Notes: a model not told the origin generated them from the letters alone. DNA of 64,000 nucleotides from Octopus sinensis (GCF_006345805.1 NC_043003.1:79980001-80044000), one strand, 5' to 3'; counted from the first letter of the stretch, positions 11,935-24,194 are shown. Numbers and translations are program-made.

Positions 11935-13590
11935 CGTTGGTCAGTGTTTTTCTTTGCACTGCTAGGGATCACGTCGCTGTACACCAACGTTGTGAATTAT
12001 TGAACAAGTGAAGCACAACTACAAGGTAAGACATTTGTTTTTTTTTTGGGGGGGGGGATTCAGTAGGGGTTTGTTGCTCGTGTTTATTTATTTTGTCGAA
12101 CAAGAAATCTCCACTGAGCTCCGGGCATTTGTCTGCCTGTAGTCGTGTTTTGGAGTCTCACTTAGCGGTGAGAAGTGTGTTTTGGGGGCGTATCCCTACT
12201 AAAATAATTGCGAACATTGTGCTTATTTTTTACCTATTCTTTGGTGAAATTGTTGTGTGACTGCTTTGTGCCCTGTATTACTAAGTGGACTACCGAGTTG
12301 GCCAAGAGTACCAATACGACCAGAAGAATAGTTTGCTGTGCTTTTGAATTGTTTTTCATTTCTTCATCCTTCCTTCATGTTTTAACTCTTTCAACTTTTG
12401 TTTTACTCTGAACTTTTTTCTCAAAAAACATGGCAAAAAGATGAACAACACTGCGTTGGAGTGGGAGATTATTCCACCCACACAGTGGATGAAAGACTTT
12501 GAAGAGAGGACGGTGGTGTTGAGAATTTACTAAAAATCGCTCGACACCATCGCCCTCTTTAAAAAGATACAATTGAAAAGAGTTGGCAGAGTATCTGCCG
12601 TTTATAAAATTTATTGCCGGTGGGGTCAAGTATGCAACGATGTTGTTACTACTTGACACCCCTGAAGAGGCTCGCATATTTTCGAGCCAGCCTTTAGAGG
12701 GCAAGAGACTTTGTTTCTTCCCACGTATTGTGGGAAGAAGTTGACAAGAGCTTGGGTCTGCGGGTTGCCGCCTGAGATAGAACCCGAGTGGATAGAAGAC
12801 ACTATACGACGGGGTCTGGCTGGCAGAGGTTCCAAGCTGCTTAATGTTAAAATATTGCCGGCGGCTGATTGGATCAGGTTAAAAGCTGTTTTGACCCTGT
12901 GGACCCAATCAGCTAAGAATCTGGTCTTTCCAGATTTTTGAAAATGGCCGATTGCAGATATCCAGTGATACTTGAGGGACGCCACTCCAAAGTGTCACCT
13001 TTGCCTGAAACCAGGCCACATTAAAAAGAACTGTCCCTACGACCAGAGTTAGTTGAGGAAAAGCTCCCCCTCCTCCTTCGGAGGGAGAAATTGAGGCAGT
13101 TGAGGAGGTGGAGACCTCCTTGAAAAAAGGAGGAAAAGGAAGAAGGTGGGCAACAATGGTTGCCCACTGAAGGACCCCAAACCTGCGGGAGGGAGGGATG
13201 ATCCTCCGGTTAAAGCAGAGGAACTACACCCTCTCGTATCAAAGATGCAAGAAAAGAGGAAAAAGAATTGGGCATTGCCGGCTGTTAGCAATACACTGCC
13301 GGAATGTCCTGAAACCTCGTCGGTGGAAATTGTGCCACCGACGGAAGAATCTGTAGTCCCTCCCAGTATAATAAATGAGGAATTTGTGATCTTCTTTCTT
13401 AAGGGGGGGGACCGTAGAGAACTTTGTGAGGAATCTGGAAAGTCGGGAAGAGGAGGTCTTTTCCTACATTGAAAGCTCGGATTGGCCTCAGCAGGTGGCT
13501 TGCGGAGATTATGGTGGAAAATGATTTCTGCAGTGTGATGGACTTCTTTACCAATGACAAATACAATTTTTACCTATGTGGCCACGACTT
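11935..13590 (+). mobile_element. Tx1/L1-like LINE 5'UTR plus ORF1 (gag-like, CCHC knuckle); no ORF2
   Basis: Frameshifted ORF: ERTVVLRIY..LFLPTYCGKKLTRAWVCGLPPEIEPEWI; intact CX2CX4HX4C knuckle CHLCLKPGHIKKNC at 12993-13034; homologous to the copies at 20130 and 27960. Confidence 0.7.
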
Positions 13591-14316
13591 GTGACTGCAG
13601 GCAATCCTGCAGTCACTTTGTACATTGCCTATTTGATGGTGCTACTCTATTATTTGAAAAAGGGGTGTTGATTTTCATATCATGTAAGTTATACAGTTAT
13701 GCGTCTTCACTCAAAACACTTAGCTCTCAATCATTTAGCCCATCAAACTTAAAATATTTGCTGCAAATGAGTGGCGTGCAAAATAACTCTATTGTTATAT
13801 CCTGTAAATATTCGAAATAAGGTGATGTCGAAATCCAATCTATCCCTGTGGATTGGTATGGCTAAGTAAAGGACTCGAATTTCTGGTGGGGTTAGTACCA
13901 TCTAGAAGCTATAAGGGATGATCAGTCATTAATAAATAACTATGATCAAGAAAGGTAAAACAATCTCCTCAATCAGTCGAGAACTAATGAATTGTCAAAT
14001 GTGGACTGTCGAAAGGAGAGGAATTGTTAAAATCTAAAAGGTAGCATTTTTTTCTTCAAATTCAATTTCTCTTTCTCTCACATTCTTTGTCTCGTCATTC
14101 ACTGATAAATTCTGAGACAAATACTATTCAAGCCAACAAAAGAAGCACTACATGGTCTTTCGACCACTTAAAAACAGCAGTCAAGTCTCTCTAAAATTCC
14201 GTGTTAAATGATTCTAGGTTAATTGTACGCAGCGAGATGTGGAATGGTCACGACTAAAAAACATTTTATCTTTAAGCTGAACGCTGATGACCTGAGATTA
14301 ATGAAAAGCATTCAAG

Positions 14317-14368
<52 letters not shown>

Positions 14369-15074
14369 GTGTGTGTGTGTGTGTAATTTAACTTGTTATA
14401 ATCTGAAAAAAAAACACAAAAAAACAAACGTTTGCCAATACAAACAAATGATTATACGCCATTGATGAGTTGTATTTCTAACTATGAACAAAGCGCTACA
14501 TCTGCCTTGGGATACGATCCATTGACGTTTTGGTTGGTAATCTGATAAGATATCGACTTTCGAATAGCTTCGATGCAGTTACAATATATAGGATTCTTCT
14601 GATTCTTACACAATTTTCTGACTGTAATTAATCATCGATAGTTTTTTTTTTTTCCTCCCGCATGTGAAACTTTGAACTTGACGGTTGCAACTTCTGTGAA
14701 ATGCAGACATTATTATCAAAAGAAAGAAACAGTTCTCGGAAAAATGTCAAAAACATTCTAAAAGAATATTAGAGACTTTGAATAATCTTTGTTGGTTTTC
14801 CTTCATGGAGTTTCTTTTAGTCTTTCTTTCTTTCTTTCTTTCTTTCTGTTTTTTCTTTTTGACGAATTGATTACCTGAAACCATTTACGTTTGAGACAAA
14901 ATGACGTGAAAATTGGGTTTGAGTATCGCAATTGGCTGTACAGAGAAAACACAACCTTAGGCTCTTATTTTTTTTATAATTCCTACAAAAAGAATATCAT
15001 TGTTGGAATGCATTAAAAAAGGTACATACACGCGCAAAAAAACACACATATAATAATTGGAAATGTAAGATAAG

Positions 15075-15260
15075 CTAATGCATGGTCTGCTGGTTAGAAT
15101 GTTTGTCTCGAGATTATGAGATTGTGTGTTCAGTTCTTGGTGTATATATTTTGCGCGTTTAAGTATTTCATTTCGCGTTGTTACAGTCTGGTTACGTAAA
15201 AATGAAAACTAACCTATTGCTGTGTGCAGTCTCAGACTAACACATACTCAATGACCCACT
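15075..15260 (+). mobile_element. Very degenerate CORE-like SINE
   Basis: tRNA-like head gcatggtctgctggttagaatg..gagattgtgtgttcagttc and a weak core remnant. Confidence 0.4.
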
Positions 15261-15930
15261 AGGTCAAAGGTGACAAGATAAGAGTGTGTTTATGTCTGTT
15301 CACGACAACACAAGTAACTAAAATTATTGCTGAAAGCATTGTACATGCAATCAGATCATACTTGTCTATAATTCTTTAAAACAATGAATAACTGATAAAA
15401 AATATACTCTACTCGGGTCGCTTAAAATAAACAAAGTAATTACCCATAGGAGTTCATTGCTGTTTAAAATATATGACAGCAAAGGTCAGGAGAGTGTAGA
15501 TAAATAAATATATGAATACGATGCAGCTTTTCTAACGACATATTGTAACGTAAAGTAAGTCTTATTTGAACAAACAACTTGACTTCGAAGAGAAAAAAAT
15601 GCTAAAACTAGCACAGCTAAAATGTTTCTCGCTTTGGTCTTCAATCACTTTCCAACAAACAATAAATGCTATGAAATCCTCAAGCGAAACTGTAATCAGC
15701 TGAGTTATTCTGGATGTACAAACGTTATTATTTTTACGAACGCTAAACGTATTCCTGGAAAAATTTGTTGCATCTTATCACGGCATGGTCAATCCAGAAA
15801 AATTGCTCTCTTCGTGATAGTTACAGGGTGAAATCATTCGTATAATACAGCAATGTGCATTTAAGCAAAAAGCAGACCAATATCTTACGTTGAAATGGTT
15901 TAACATAATTTTAAAACTTGCATTTTTCAG

Positions 15931-16166
15931 TGTGCGCTCTCCTTTGATAAACCTGAATAAAAATTAGCGTCTGTTTTGTTGAAATATATTGAGCTTCTAA
16001 GAAAGAAGTAACAGATTACATTCACTATAATATGGTCACCAATGCTTTGCGATTTCTCTTACCACCATGGAAATTCGCGGTCGAACCTCAGCTCTTAAAT
16101 GTATATATGTGAAAAGTTGCTTATTTTGTCTCATGATTTTATCAAGATTAGAAATCTCATTTTCAG
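15931..16166 (+). other. Candidate internal exon (5'UTR plus first coding segment) of a host gene
   Basis: Acceptor ttgcatttttcag| at 15930; donor CAG|GTAAAT at 16166/16167; non-repetitive sequence. Confidence 0.5.
16067..16166 (+). CDS. Candidate first coding exon encoding a signal-peptide-like N-terminus MEIRGRTSALKCIYVKSCLFCLMILSRLEISFS(G), phase-1 donor
   Basis: Kozak context ACCACCATGG; 33 codons + 1 nt open to the donor; basic n-region and hydrophobic core. No downstream exon identified in the window. Confidence 0.5.
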
Positions 16167-17059
16167 GTAAATAGATTCCTAATTATGCACTTGGCCGTAA
16201 TTAGTCCCCACATATATCTAACGCGAAAAAAAAAAAAAAAAAGGGAGCGATAAGCAGCGAGATGAGATAAGTTCACAACTGAAATTATTAGTCTGCTAGA
16301 CGTCCGTTTGGGATTTTTGTCGTTTTCACATTTATCACCATTTTTTTTATCAAAAACGACTATATTCAAATCGAAAGTTTTTGTTAAAAACTTTTCAAAT
16401 TTTCTTTTTATTCCATTTTATTTGTTTTGGAATACTAACTTTTCTATATTCATCAGCCCAACATTTAAGACTTACAATCTTATTATTACAATCATCTATC
16501 CAAATTTTCCAACAATTGACTGTTTTTCGTACATATCGCGGTATGATGCAAAAGACCTTGGAATTGATTTTATGACTGAGAGAACCATAAAGTTATATAA
16601 TAGTAAATCCTGTTAGATGTCCTCGTATTATGTACTTTTTACGCGCGATATATCTATGAGTGTAATTAATTGTACGAGTGCTGAACCTAAAGTAATAGAA
16701 AAATAGACATAACATATTTTATTAACTGAGTTATATCGTTCAAAATAATTTCCATCACTGAATCCAGCAAAATGTCTGCTTGAAGACATTAATGTATGCA
16801 CTTTTTCACTCACTTTTTCATAGCCATTTTCGCTCCATCTATGTTACCAAACCATAGTCGCCGAAAAATATTTTTCTATTGATCTAGTCAGAAGGCATGA
16901 ATCCCGAACTGAACGGTAGATGGCGTACCACTGACTAACCTAATTTGCCGATTGCTTGATTTATTATCGTAGTTGTATTTTCTTGCGCATTGTCATAGTG
17001 AAAGCGGATTGTTTTCAATTTTGTCTCGATCTCTCCTTCGCAACTTCTCTAAGATCTTT

Positions 17060-18400
17060 TAAGTGTCTCAATGTATCGCTAGCTGTTCACTGTATAGCCA
17101 TGTTCCAGAAAACCTAGGTGAATGATGCTCTTGCCGTCCGCCAAAACATTCACCTTGACCGTTTGCACAGACTGATTCGTGAATCTCTTGGCAGCTTCAT
17201 AATACCCGAAACTCATTTTCGCCACGTTCACATAGACCTCGTGGAACTCTGGTCTGTTAGCGACGGATCGTCCTATATTCTAGTTTGTGTTGATCGCTTC
17301 ATACGGTGGCTGGAAGATATACTGCTAGCTGATATCTCTGCGGAAACTGTAGTGCGAGCCCTGATAGCGGGTTGGATATCACGTTATGACGTTCCTGCTA
17401 TTATAACAACATATCGTGGGCGGTAATTTGGGTCACATCTATTCGCATACACACCAAGTTATCATGCAGCTCCTAATAGCATGGTGAAACGATTCTACCG
17501 ACAATTAAAGGCTGCGCTACGCCGTTGGAGTGTATTACCTCCCTGTTGTTTTGCGCTGCCGTTCAGCAGTCAAAGAGGGCTTGGAATACTCCCCGGCGGA
17601 GCTTTTGCACGGCGCCCTGTTACCTTTACCTGGACACATGATTTCTCCAGTCAACCAAGACACTGAAGACCGAACTTTATATGTGAACCGCCTGCCTGCG
17701 TACCTCCAGTACATGCCACCCATGAACCCACGTAGGTAAATCAACAAATCCTTTGTTCCAAAGGACATCACGTCCTGGACACACATTTTCCTGGAGAACG
17801 ATTCTGTGAGATACCCTCTCACACAACCATATGTAGGACCTTATCGTGTCGTTTCCAAAACAGACAAGCATTTTACCATTGATATTCTCTTATCTTCTTT
17901 CTTAGCACTCCGTCGGTTACGATGATGAGGGTTCCGGTTGATCCGAATCAACGGAACAGCCTGCTCGTGAAATTAACGTGTAAGTGGCTGAGCACTCCAC
18001 AGACACGTGCACCTTTAACGTAGTTCTCGGGGATATTCAGCGTGACACAGAGAGTGACAAGGCCGGCCCTTTGAAATACAGGTACAACAGAAACAGGAAG
18101 TAAGAGTGAGAGAAAGTTGTGGTGAAAGAGTACAGCAGGGATCACCACCATCCCCTGCCGGAGCCTCGTGGAGCTTTTAGTTGTTTTCGCTCAATAAACA
18201 CTCACATCGCCCGGTCTGGGAATCGAAACCGCGATCCTATGACCGCGAGTCCGCTGCCCTAACCACTGGTCCATTGCGCTTCCACCATTGATATTAATGG
18301 TGGAGGAGAGACAGTCTCGCTGGATAGACTGGAACAGGCCTTTACAGACGCTTTAATACCAGAGCCATATTCTCCCCAGTCTTACAGTGCATCACCTAAA
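17060..18400 (+). mobile_element. Gypsy LTR retrotransposon integrase relic
   Basis: HFRHVHIDLV..YILVCVDRFIRW..DISAETVVRALIAGWISRY; VKRFYRQLKAAL; GPY motif PYVGPYRVVSKTDKHFTID, resuming as INGGGETVSLDRLEQA after the SINE. Confidence 0.9.
17887..18283 (-). mobile_element. Young tRNA(Arg)-like SINE (about 400 bp; OR1-like) inserted in the integrase
   Basis: Head gtggaagcgcaatggaccagtggttagggcagcggactcgcggtc..ggtttcgattccc with A/B boxes; 12-bp TSD accattgatatt at 17875-17886 and 18284-18295. Confidence 0.92.
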
Positions 18401-19252
18401 AAGCAAACACCATCGCAAGCAACACAAAGCCAATCGCACTAACATCTTCTCACATTAACATTCGTCACGTGCATTGGCTCAGAAAGCTTTCCAACACTAT
18501 ATATATATGAACTGGCATGTTAGGCCTTGTTTGTGTGTTCTTTTCACTTTTGCTTTTTGCTTTTTTGTTCGTTTTGCTTTGCATGCTTTTTCCTTTCTTT
18601 GTTCATCATATGTTTTTCAAAAATTGTGATTGTAGTTTTCTCTCGCTTTTGCTTGGCGTGTTGCATTGCCTCTCGGCTGCACCAACCTTCAGTCTGCGGA
18701 GAGGTAATGTAGTGAGTACATGCCAGCAAATCATTATGTCCCTTGACAGAGACAAGTGAGATGGTTCTTGTTGTTTGCCAGATAGCGCCAATGTGTGGCA
18801 AAGTATAAACTGAGAGGTTAACAAACAGCTTCAACCAGTCAGCCAGTCTGCAGAAGACCTCGACGCAACGACCATCAGCGAACAAAACTCTGTTCCAACC
18901 AGTTTCACACCCAGTAGTCTCTGCTTCTGTAAAGCTCTTATATGCGGAGTTTGCAAGCCTATATATTCTGGAACGTATTTACAATACAGTATACGAAAAG
19001 AAACGCAACTAAGTAAATTATGGACACTTTTTATTTCCAATGTTCTACAATAAGAACTTTTCTTGTTCACGAAACGTTTTATTAGCTCCCGTTCAAATAA
19101 ATGCTGGCTTTCTGTTAAAATTGATGCTTTCTGATTTTACATTACGTTCATGACGTCTGTTGACAATGTTACACTTCCTTCATCTGCTGATCCACTTCTT
19201 TTCAACACATTTTTCAGTAATGCTTTTCTTTAAATTTCTTTGTATTTCCCTT

Positions 19253-19254
<2 letters not shown>

Positions 19255-19349
<95 letters not shown>

Positions 19350-19422
19350 ATACATACATACATACATACATACATACATACATACATACATACATACATA
19401 CATACATACATACATACATACA
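19255..19422. repeat. (CTAT)n(CATA)n tetranucleotide microsatellite
   Basis: Seen directly. Confidence 0.98.
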
Positions 19423-19427
19423 TAGAT

Positions 19428-19638
19428 CGGGGTGCTGAGAAGTTCCTGGCTATGGGTTAAAGAAAACACAGAAGAATTAGTTAACTATGATTTTATTCAT
19501 CATATTTCTCTCTCAATTTCATACAGTTATTGCAGCGCTTTCAGTTTTCCTATGCCACGTAAAAGAACTCAAATGTTGGGCTTTCTGCACGGCCTTTCAC
19601 GATACCCTTAAAGCCAGGAACTTTTAAGCACCCCATCG
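19428..19638. mobile_element. Mariner-derived MITE (about 210 bp)
   Basis: Imperfect TIRs cggggtgctgagaagttcctggct / agccaggaacttttaagcacccc. Confidence 0.75.
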
Positions 19639-19751
19639 TGTGTGTATGTATGTATATACATATATTTATTACACACACATACATATGCTGGATAGAAAGA
19701 ACGGAATAGGTTAGGAATACACGTAGAATAAATTAATTTCTTCGTCTAAAC

Positions 19752-20077
19752 AAGAGGTTTTCAAACTTTTTGGGCCACCGCCCTCCTTATGGCCACACAA
19801 TAACCTCAGCGCCCCCACCCCTATTTTTATGTATAAATAAATATTTTATATTTTACTAATTTATGTATACTATGAATCATTTGATATTTAACATAATATA
19901 TAATATGTATACAATTCTACCATAATATTATAAATTCACAGCGTCCCACAATCCATTGCTTTCCTCCCAATATCTCCTTTTTCTCTACCATCCAGCACCA
20001 TCTCTTTATATACCAGTGCCAATTGGACCCTCTCAATGTCCACCGGAGGGCGGTAGTGCCCACTTTGAGAACCTTTG
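19752..20077. mobile_element. hAT-Charlie-type MITE
   Basis: 8-bp TSD gtctaaac (19744-19751 and 20078-20085) fits the Charlie NTCTARAN target; TIRs aagaggttttcaaa / tttgagaacctttg. Confidence 0.88.
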
Positions 20078-20129
20078 GTCTAAACCATATGTCTCACGTC
20101 TACTTGTTTCTCCACAAGCCCTTGGTTAG

Positions 20130-20950
20130 ATAACCCGCATTCCTAATAGAACAGGAAGAAGTAACAGATACAAAAGTGATTAGTAATAAAACTTCCCCAT
20201 TGAGTGGATGGCGTATGAATTAAGGTTGATTCGGAAAGAAAAGTAACTAATTTCAGAGAGGAGAATAATAACTGAGGTTCTAGCAAATATATTAAATGAA
20301 AATAATAGCCAACAGCTAATGGGGGACTAGAGGTTACTATAAACCTTGGCATTTAACTGGTACTTTAATTTATCGGTCGCAGATGGATGAAAGCACGCAA
20401 CTGTAGAGGTTCCATTTGCATCCGAGGAAACAAAATTCGGTAGCCAGATAAAATTCGGTAACCTCCCTGAAATCGGAAGACATTCCCCCGGAGGTAGATG
20501 TCGCCTAGCTGGTAGCTGCAATACTGCTGGATGTAGAAGATAAGATAGATGTCCTCCAAGTAACGGGAACACCACCGAAGAATTGGCAAGGGCAGACCCT
20601 GGAGATAACCATCCAAGTTGCCCTAGAGGAACTTGAAAGAATGTTCGACACTATAACGGTGGGCGAAGAGGTGGTATTACAAGTTATAGTGGAGGGCAGG
20701 AAGCCCCGCTGCTATAAATTTGGCCAGAAGGGCCGCATAAGAAAAGAGTGCCCTTCATCGACCACAAAGAAACCAGCAGCACTGCAGGCCCGAAGAGAAA
20801 TCGCACCTCCACCTCCTGCAATGACAAGTGGTGCAGGAAGGAGCGTGGAGGAGCCCGGGAAGAAGGATGGCAAGGAGGCAAAAATGGAGGAAGAGAAAAC
20901 AGAAGAATGGAAGACGGGAAACCGGAAAAAGAGAAAAAAGAGAACTCAGG
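20130..20950 (+). mobile_element. Tx1-like LINE ORF1 relic (second subfamily)
   Basis: EDIPPEVDVA(W)LVAAILLDVEDKIDVLQVTG..MFDTITVGEEVVLQVIVEGRKPRCYKFGQKGRIRKECP (degenerate CCHC) with a basic tail. Confidence 0.75.
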
Positions 20951-20954
20951 GTAT

Positions 20955-21710
20955 TGATGTTAGCCAGAAAAGTCATAGCATGCGATCAGAAAATCGAAAA
21001 AGCTCGAAAAATGGGCACCACACAATTTGAATGAAAACCAGAAAATATGCAGATATGAAACTTGTTCATGGCTTCTTCTCCGTAACCAGACCGATCTATT
21101 TATCGACCGTATTGTAATTTCCGATGGAAATCGAATTCTGTACAGTAATAAAAAAAAACGTTCTTCGCAGTGGTTGGACCAAAATGAAGCACCGAAAACC
21201 TTCCCTAAATCCGAGCTCGTCAAAAATAAAGTTATGATGAATGTTTGGTAGTGTACTTCTGGTCTCATCCACCCAGAAAAACCATTACTGCAAAAAAATA
21301 TTGCCATGAAATTGCCAAAATAAACGAAAAACCGCTACTCCTCCGTCCCAGACCGTTCAACAAAAGAGAGCCAATCATTCTTCATGACAATGCTCGACCA
21401 AACGTTTCACCAAAGACGTCCAGAATTTGAGGGAACTTGGCTACGAAGTTCTTCCCCACCCAACTTATTCCCCTGACCTTTTTCCTACGAACTACCACTT
21501 TTCCAGCACTTTGATTGTTTCCCGCGAGAGAAGGAGTTCAAAAATCAAACCGATACTAAAAGTGCGTTGAAAGAGTTCATCAGCTGCAGACTTCCAGATT
21601 TTTATGTTAGAGAATAAACAAACTTGTAACTCATTGGCAAAAATGTGTTGATTGTAATGGTGCTTACTTTGATGAATAAAATTGCCGCATTGTTGAAGTA
21701 TATTGTGATT
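20955..21710 (+). mobile_element. Mariner transposase relic (Hsmar1/cecropia-like), 3' two-thirds
   Basis: KW(V)PHNLNENQK..FIDRIVISD..RSSQWLDQNEAPKTFPK..ILHDNARP..LGYEVLPHPTYSPDL..WQKCVDCNGAYFD; 5' part and both TIRs not seen. Confidence 0.92.
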
Positions 21711-22019
21711 AATTATCATGTAGTTACTCAGTCGTAACTACATGATAATGGTGGTACTTTATTAATCCGTTCCTGACGGGTCTATGTATCAGAAAGTCAA
21801 AATACACGAATAGCCATTCTGATTAAACTAAAAATCTGTGTGGAATTGACATCGCCACATACAAGAATTTCATTGACAACTAAGTGACGAATACATATAG
21901 AAATTGGTAGAATACTTTAAACAACGTTACATCTATTGATAATGAATATCTTCCGACAGAACAGCAATACTCGAACAAAACCATTCAACTATAAGCAATA
22001 AGCTTTCAATAAAAACTCA

Positions 22020-22840
22020 TAGATCAAGTTTATCACTCTCCCTAAAATAGGAGTTTGGTACCAATTGCTAGCTTCAATTTGTGAGCCAGCAAAGCACTGT
22101 ATTTTGCAATGTTGGTCGTACAACATTTTCTAGGTAATCTTCCAATATAGGCCCTTTTGGGTCTCCAAAAAAGTGTTAGCATCACCTCTCCCGTGGAAGA
22201 CTGAGTCTTAGATTTCTTCATCACTGGAGAGCCAGTATGATTTCACTCCATACTCTGTCTTTTGGATTCTGCCTGATAATGAGGGACCCTACTCTGCAGT
22301 AATCTCTCTTGGCATCCATCTTGCACAGACCTTATGGAAGCCGAGTTCATCGTGAATGATTTGATACGTAAAACTAATCTGCAGAGAAGAGCTACCTCAT
22401 CGATGATAACGCACTGGTTCATCATTATCATCTCTCGAGCTTGCTGAATCTTCTCGTCAGTGATAGAGTTGACGGACATCCTACAACCCTCTTCGTGCGT
22501 CACGCTTGTCTGGCCACTTTTAAACTTCTCGATCTACTCATACGCGTTTGTGCATTGTCCCCGTATTGTGCTAAAAGCCTCCGATGAATTTCAGCACCTG
22601 ACACACTTTCCGATCAGATAAAGCGGATCACTACCCTTTGTTCTTCTGTGGTGCACATTGCTAGTGGAGCGGCCACATGCTTACGCTGTAAAGCCTGAAA
22701 GAAAAATGGCACGATCCGGCTCAAACGTCGATCACGTGACCACTAGAGTACCAACTGTAAGCACACATGCACAGTAGGCAGTGTGACATTAATAAAGATA
22801 TGTTTTAAGGAAAATGCGGATAAATTTTGACTTACACTCG
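22020..22840 (-). mobile_element. Mariner (irritans/Hsmar2-like), 5' half
   Basis: TIR TA|CGAGTGTAAGTCAAAATTTATCCGCA ending at 22840; ITDEKIQQAREMIM, KKSKTQSSTGEVMLTLFW, KYSALLAHKLKLAI. Confidence 0.85.
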
Positions 22841-22859
22841 TATATATATATATGGGGTT

Positions 22860-23070
22860 GGTTAAAGGGTTCGTTCACTTTCCTCCTTTGCGCACGCGTA
22901 CTCGTTAGGTAGCTGGCAAGCGTAGTTCGACGCACCCTTGCAACAAAACAGGTTGTATTTTGTGTAATTGAGATCAGCCTGAAAATGGAGAACCAAAACG
23001 AATATTATAGAAGCGTCATACATTTTTTTAAACAGGCAAGATAACAGTGGAAACATGCAGGAAATATTAC
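22860..23070 (+). mobile_element. Possible 5' fragment of another mariner
   Basis: atggagaaccaaaacgaatattatagaagcgtcatacattttttaaac = MENQNEYYRSVIHFL, resembling a mariner N-terminus. Confidence 0.4.
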
Positions 23071-24194
23071 CGCGTTAGGAGTGGGTGCAATATGCTCCCC
23101 TACATGTAGACGAAACCTCATACAACTGGATTGTTTCATTCTTCTTTTCTCGATTTTGCTTCCGCTTTCCTCTACTCATTCCATTCTAGACCCTTTTCCG
23201 ACGACGGAATCGTATAAAAAAAAAACTCTTTGCATCAAACTAATGATTTTAGTTGCGAACGTATTCCGACTGTTTTTTAATTTTTTTTGAAGTGTGCAGA
23301 TATGCTACATCTGCATATCTCTATGTTGATTTGCTTGATCTTTTCGTTAATAATTTTTTATACGTTATCAGAAATGGGCTTTCATCTGTATAGGTATTAA
23401 TAATTTAATTAAGTCATTTCATTTGTGATTATTAAATGTAATTGTCATATACCAAGATCGAAGCCATCACCTCTTCTAAAAGTATTCTTTTGCCAATACT
23501 CTTCTGTTCAATACTTACTAATAAGGTAAATATCTAACATAATGCCATTAGCAGTTATTGATTCCACTTCTCCATCTACTTTACCAACTTCACTGTTTTT
23601 ACGAATGTTCAATAACACACTGATTTGGCGTACACAGCTACTGTCATTTAGCCAAAGTTGATACTAAAATAAAAGGAAGAATATATTTTTTCCAGTTAGT
23701 AGCACAAGAATCACATAACCGAGCTACTCTAAACATTTTCATAATCCATTATCCTTACACTGGCATCTTGTGGAACGTTCTCCTGGTTCGATGGGATTTC
23801 TACAAGAATCAAAAGAAGCTCTGCTTGAACATGACGCACGTTAACTCATCAGTATTAAAGACTCGCTCTTCGATGTTATATATTCCGATTAAATTGTATA
23901 AAAACAACCCTATTATGACTGTACGCTTTATAGTTCTCTTCGTTTTAATACGTTAGCCTGTTTCAGCAACCACAATTAAGGCAAAGTTGGGGTACCATCA
24001 TTTAATAAGGAATCTTCTTTGTAGTCACACAAACTGCCGATAATCTCAGACAATAAAGGCCAAATTGAATAATGTAAGCCTCGATACAAAATATGATAGG
24101 AAGGTTATGGATGGGACATTTTATGATGATAGGTTTACTCGATCAAAGTTCACTGTAGACTAAAGAAAATTATCGGCTATTCTAATAATTTCTT

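Noticed and set aside
16056-16070. Minus-strand ATG GTG|GTAAGA micro first exon overlapping the Kozak site
   Set aside because: The plus-strand reading explains more features together (acceptor, Kozak, signal peptide, donor); the alternative cannot be fully excluded.
18200-18283. tRNA-like sequences (also 63670-63742 and the family A/B heads)
   Set aside because: They are SINE heads continuous with SINE bodies, not tRNA genes.
23695-23956. Acceptor tttttccag followed by a phase-0 open frame
   Set aside because: Wrong phase for the 16166 donor, no recognisable domain, no good donor.
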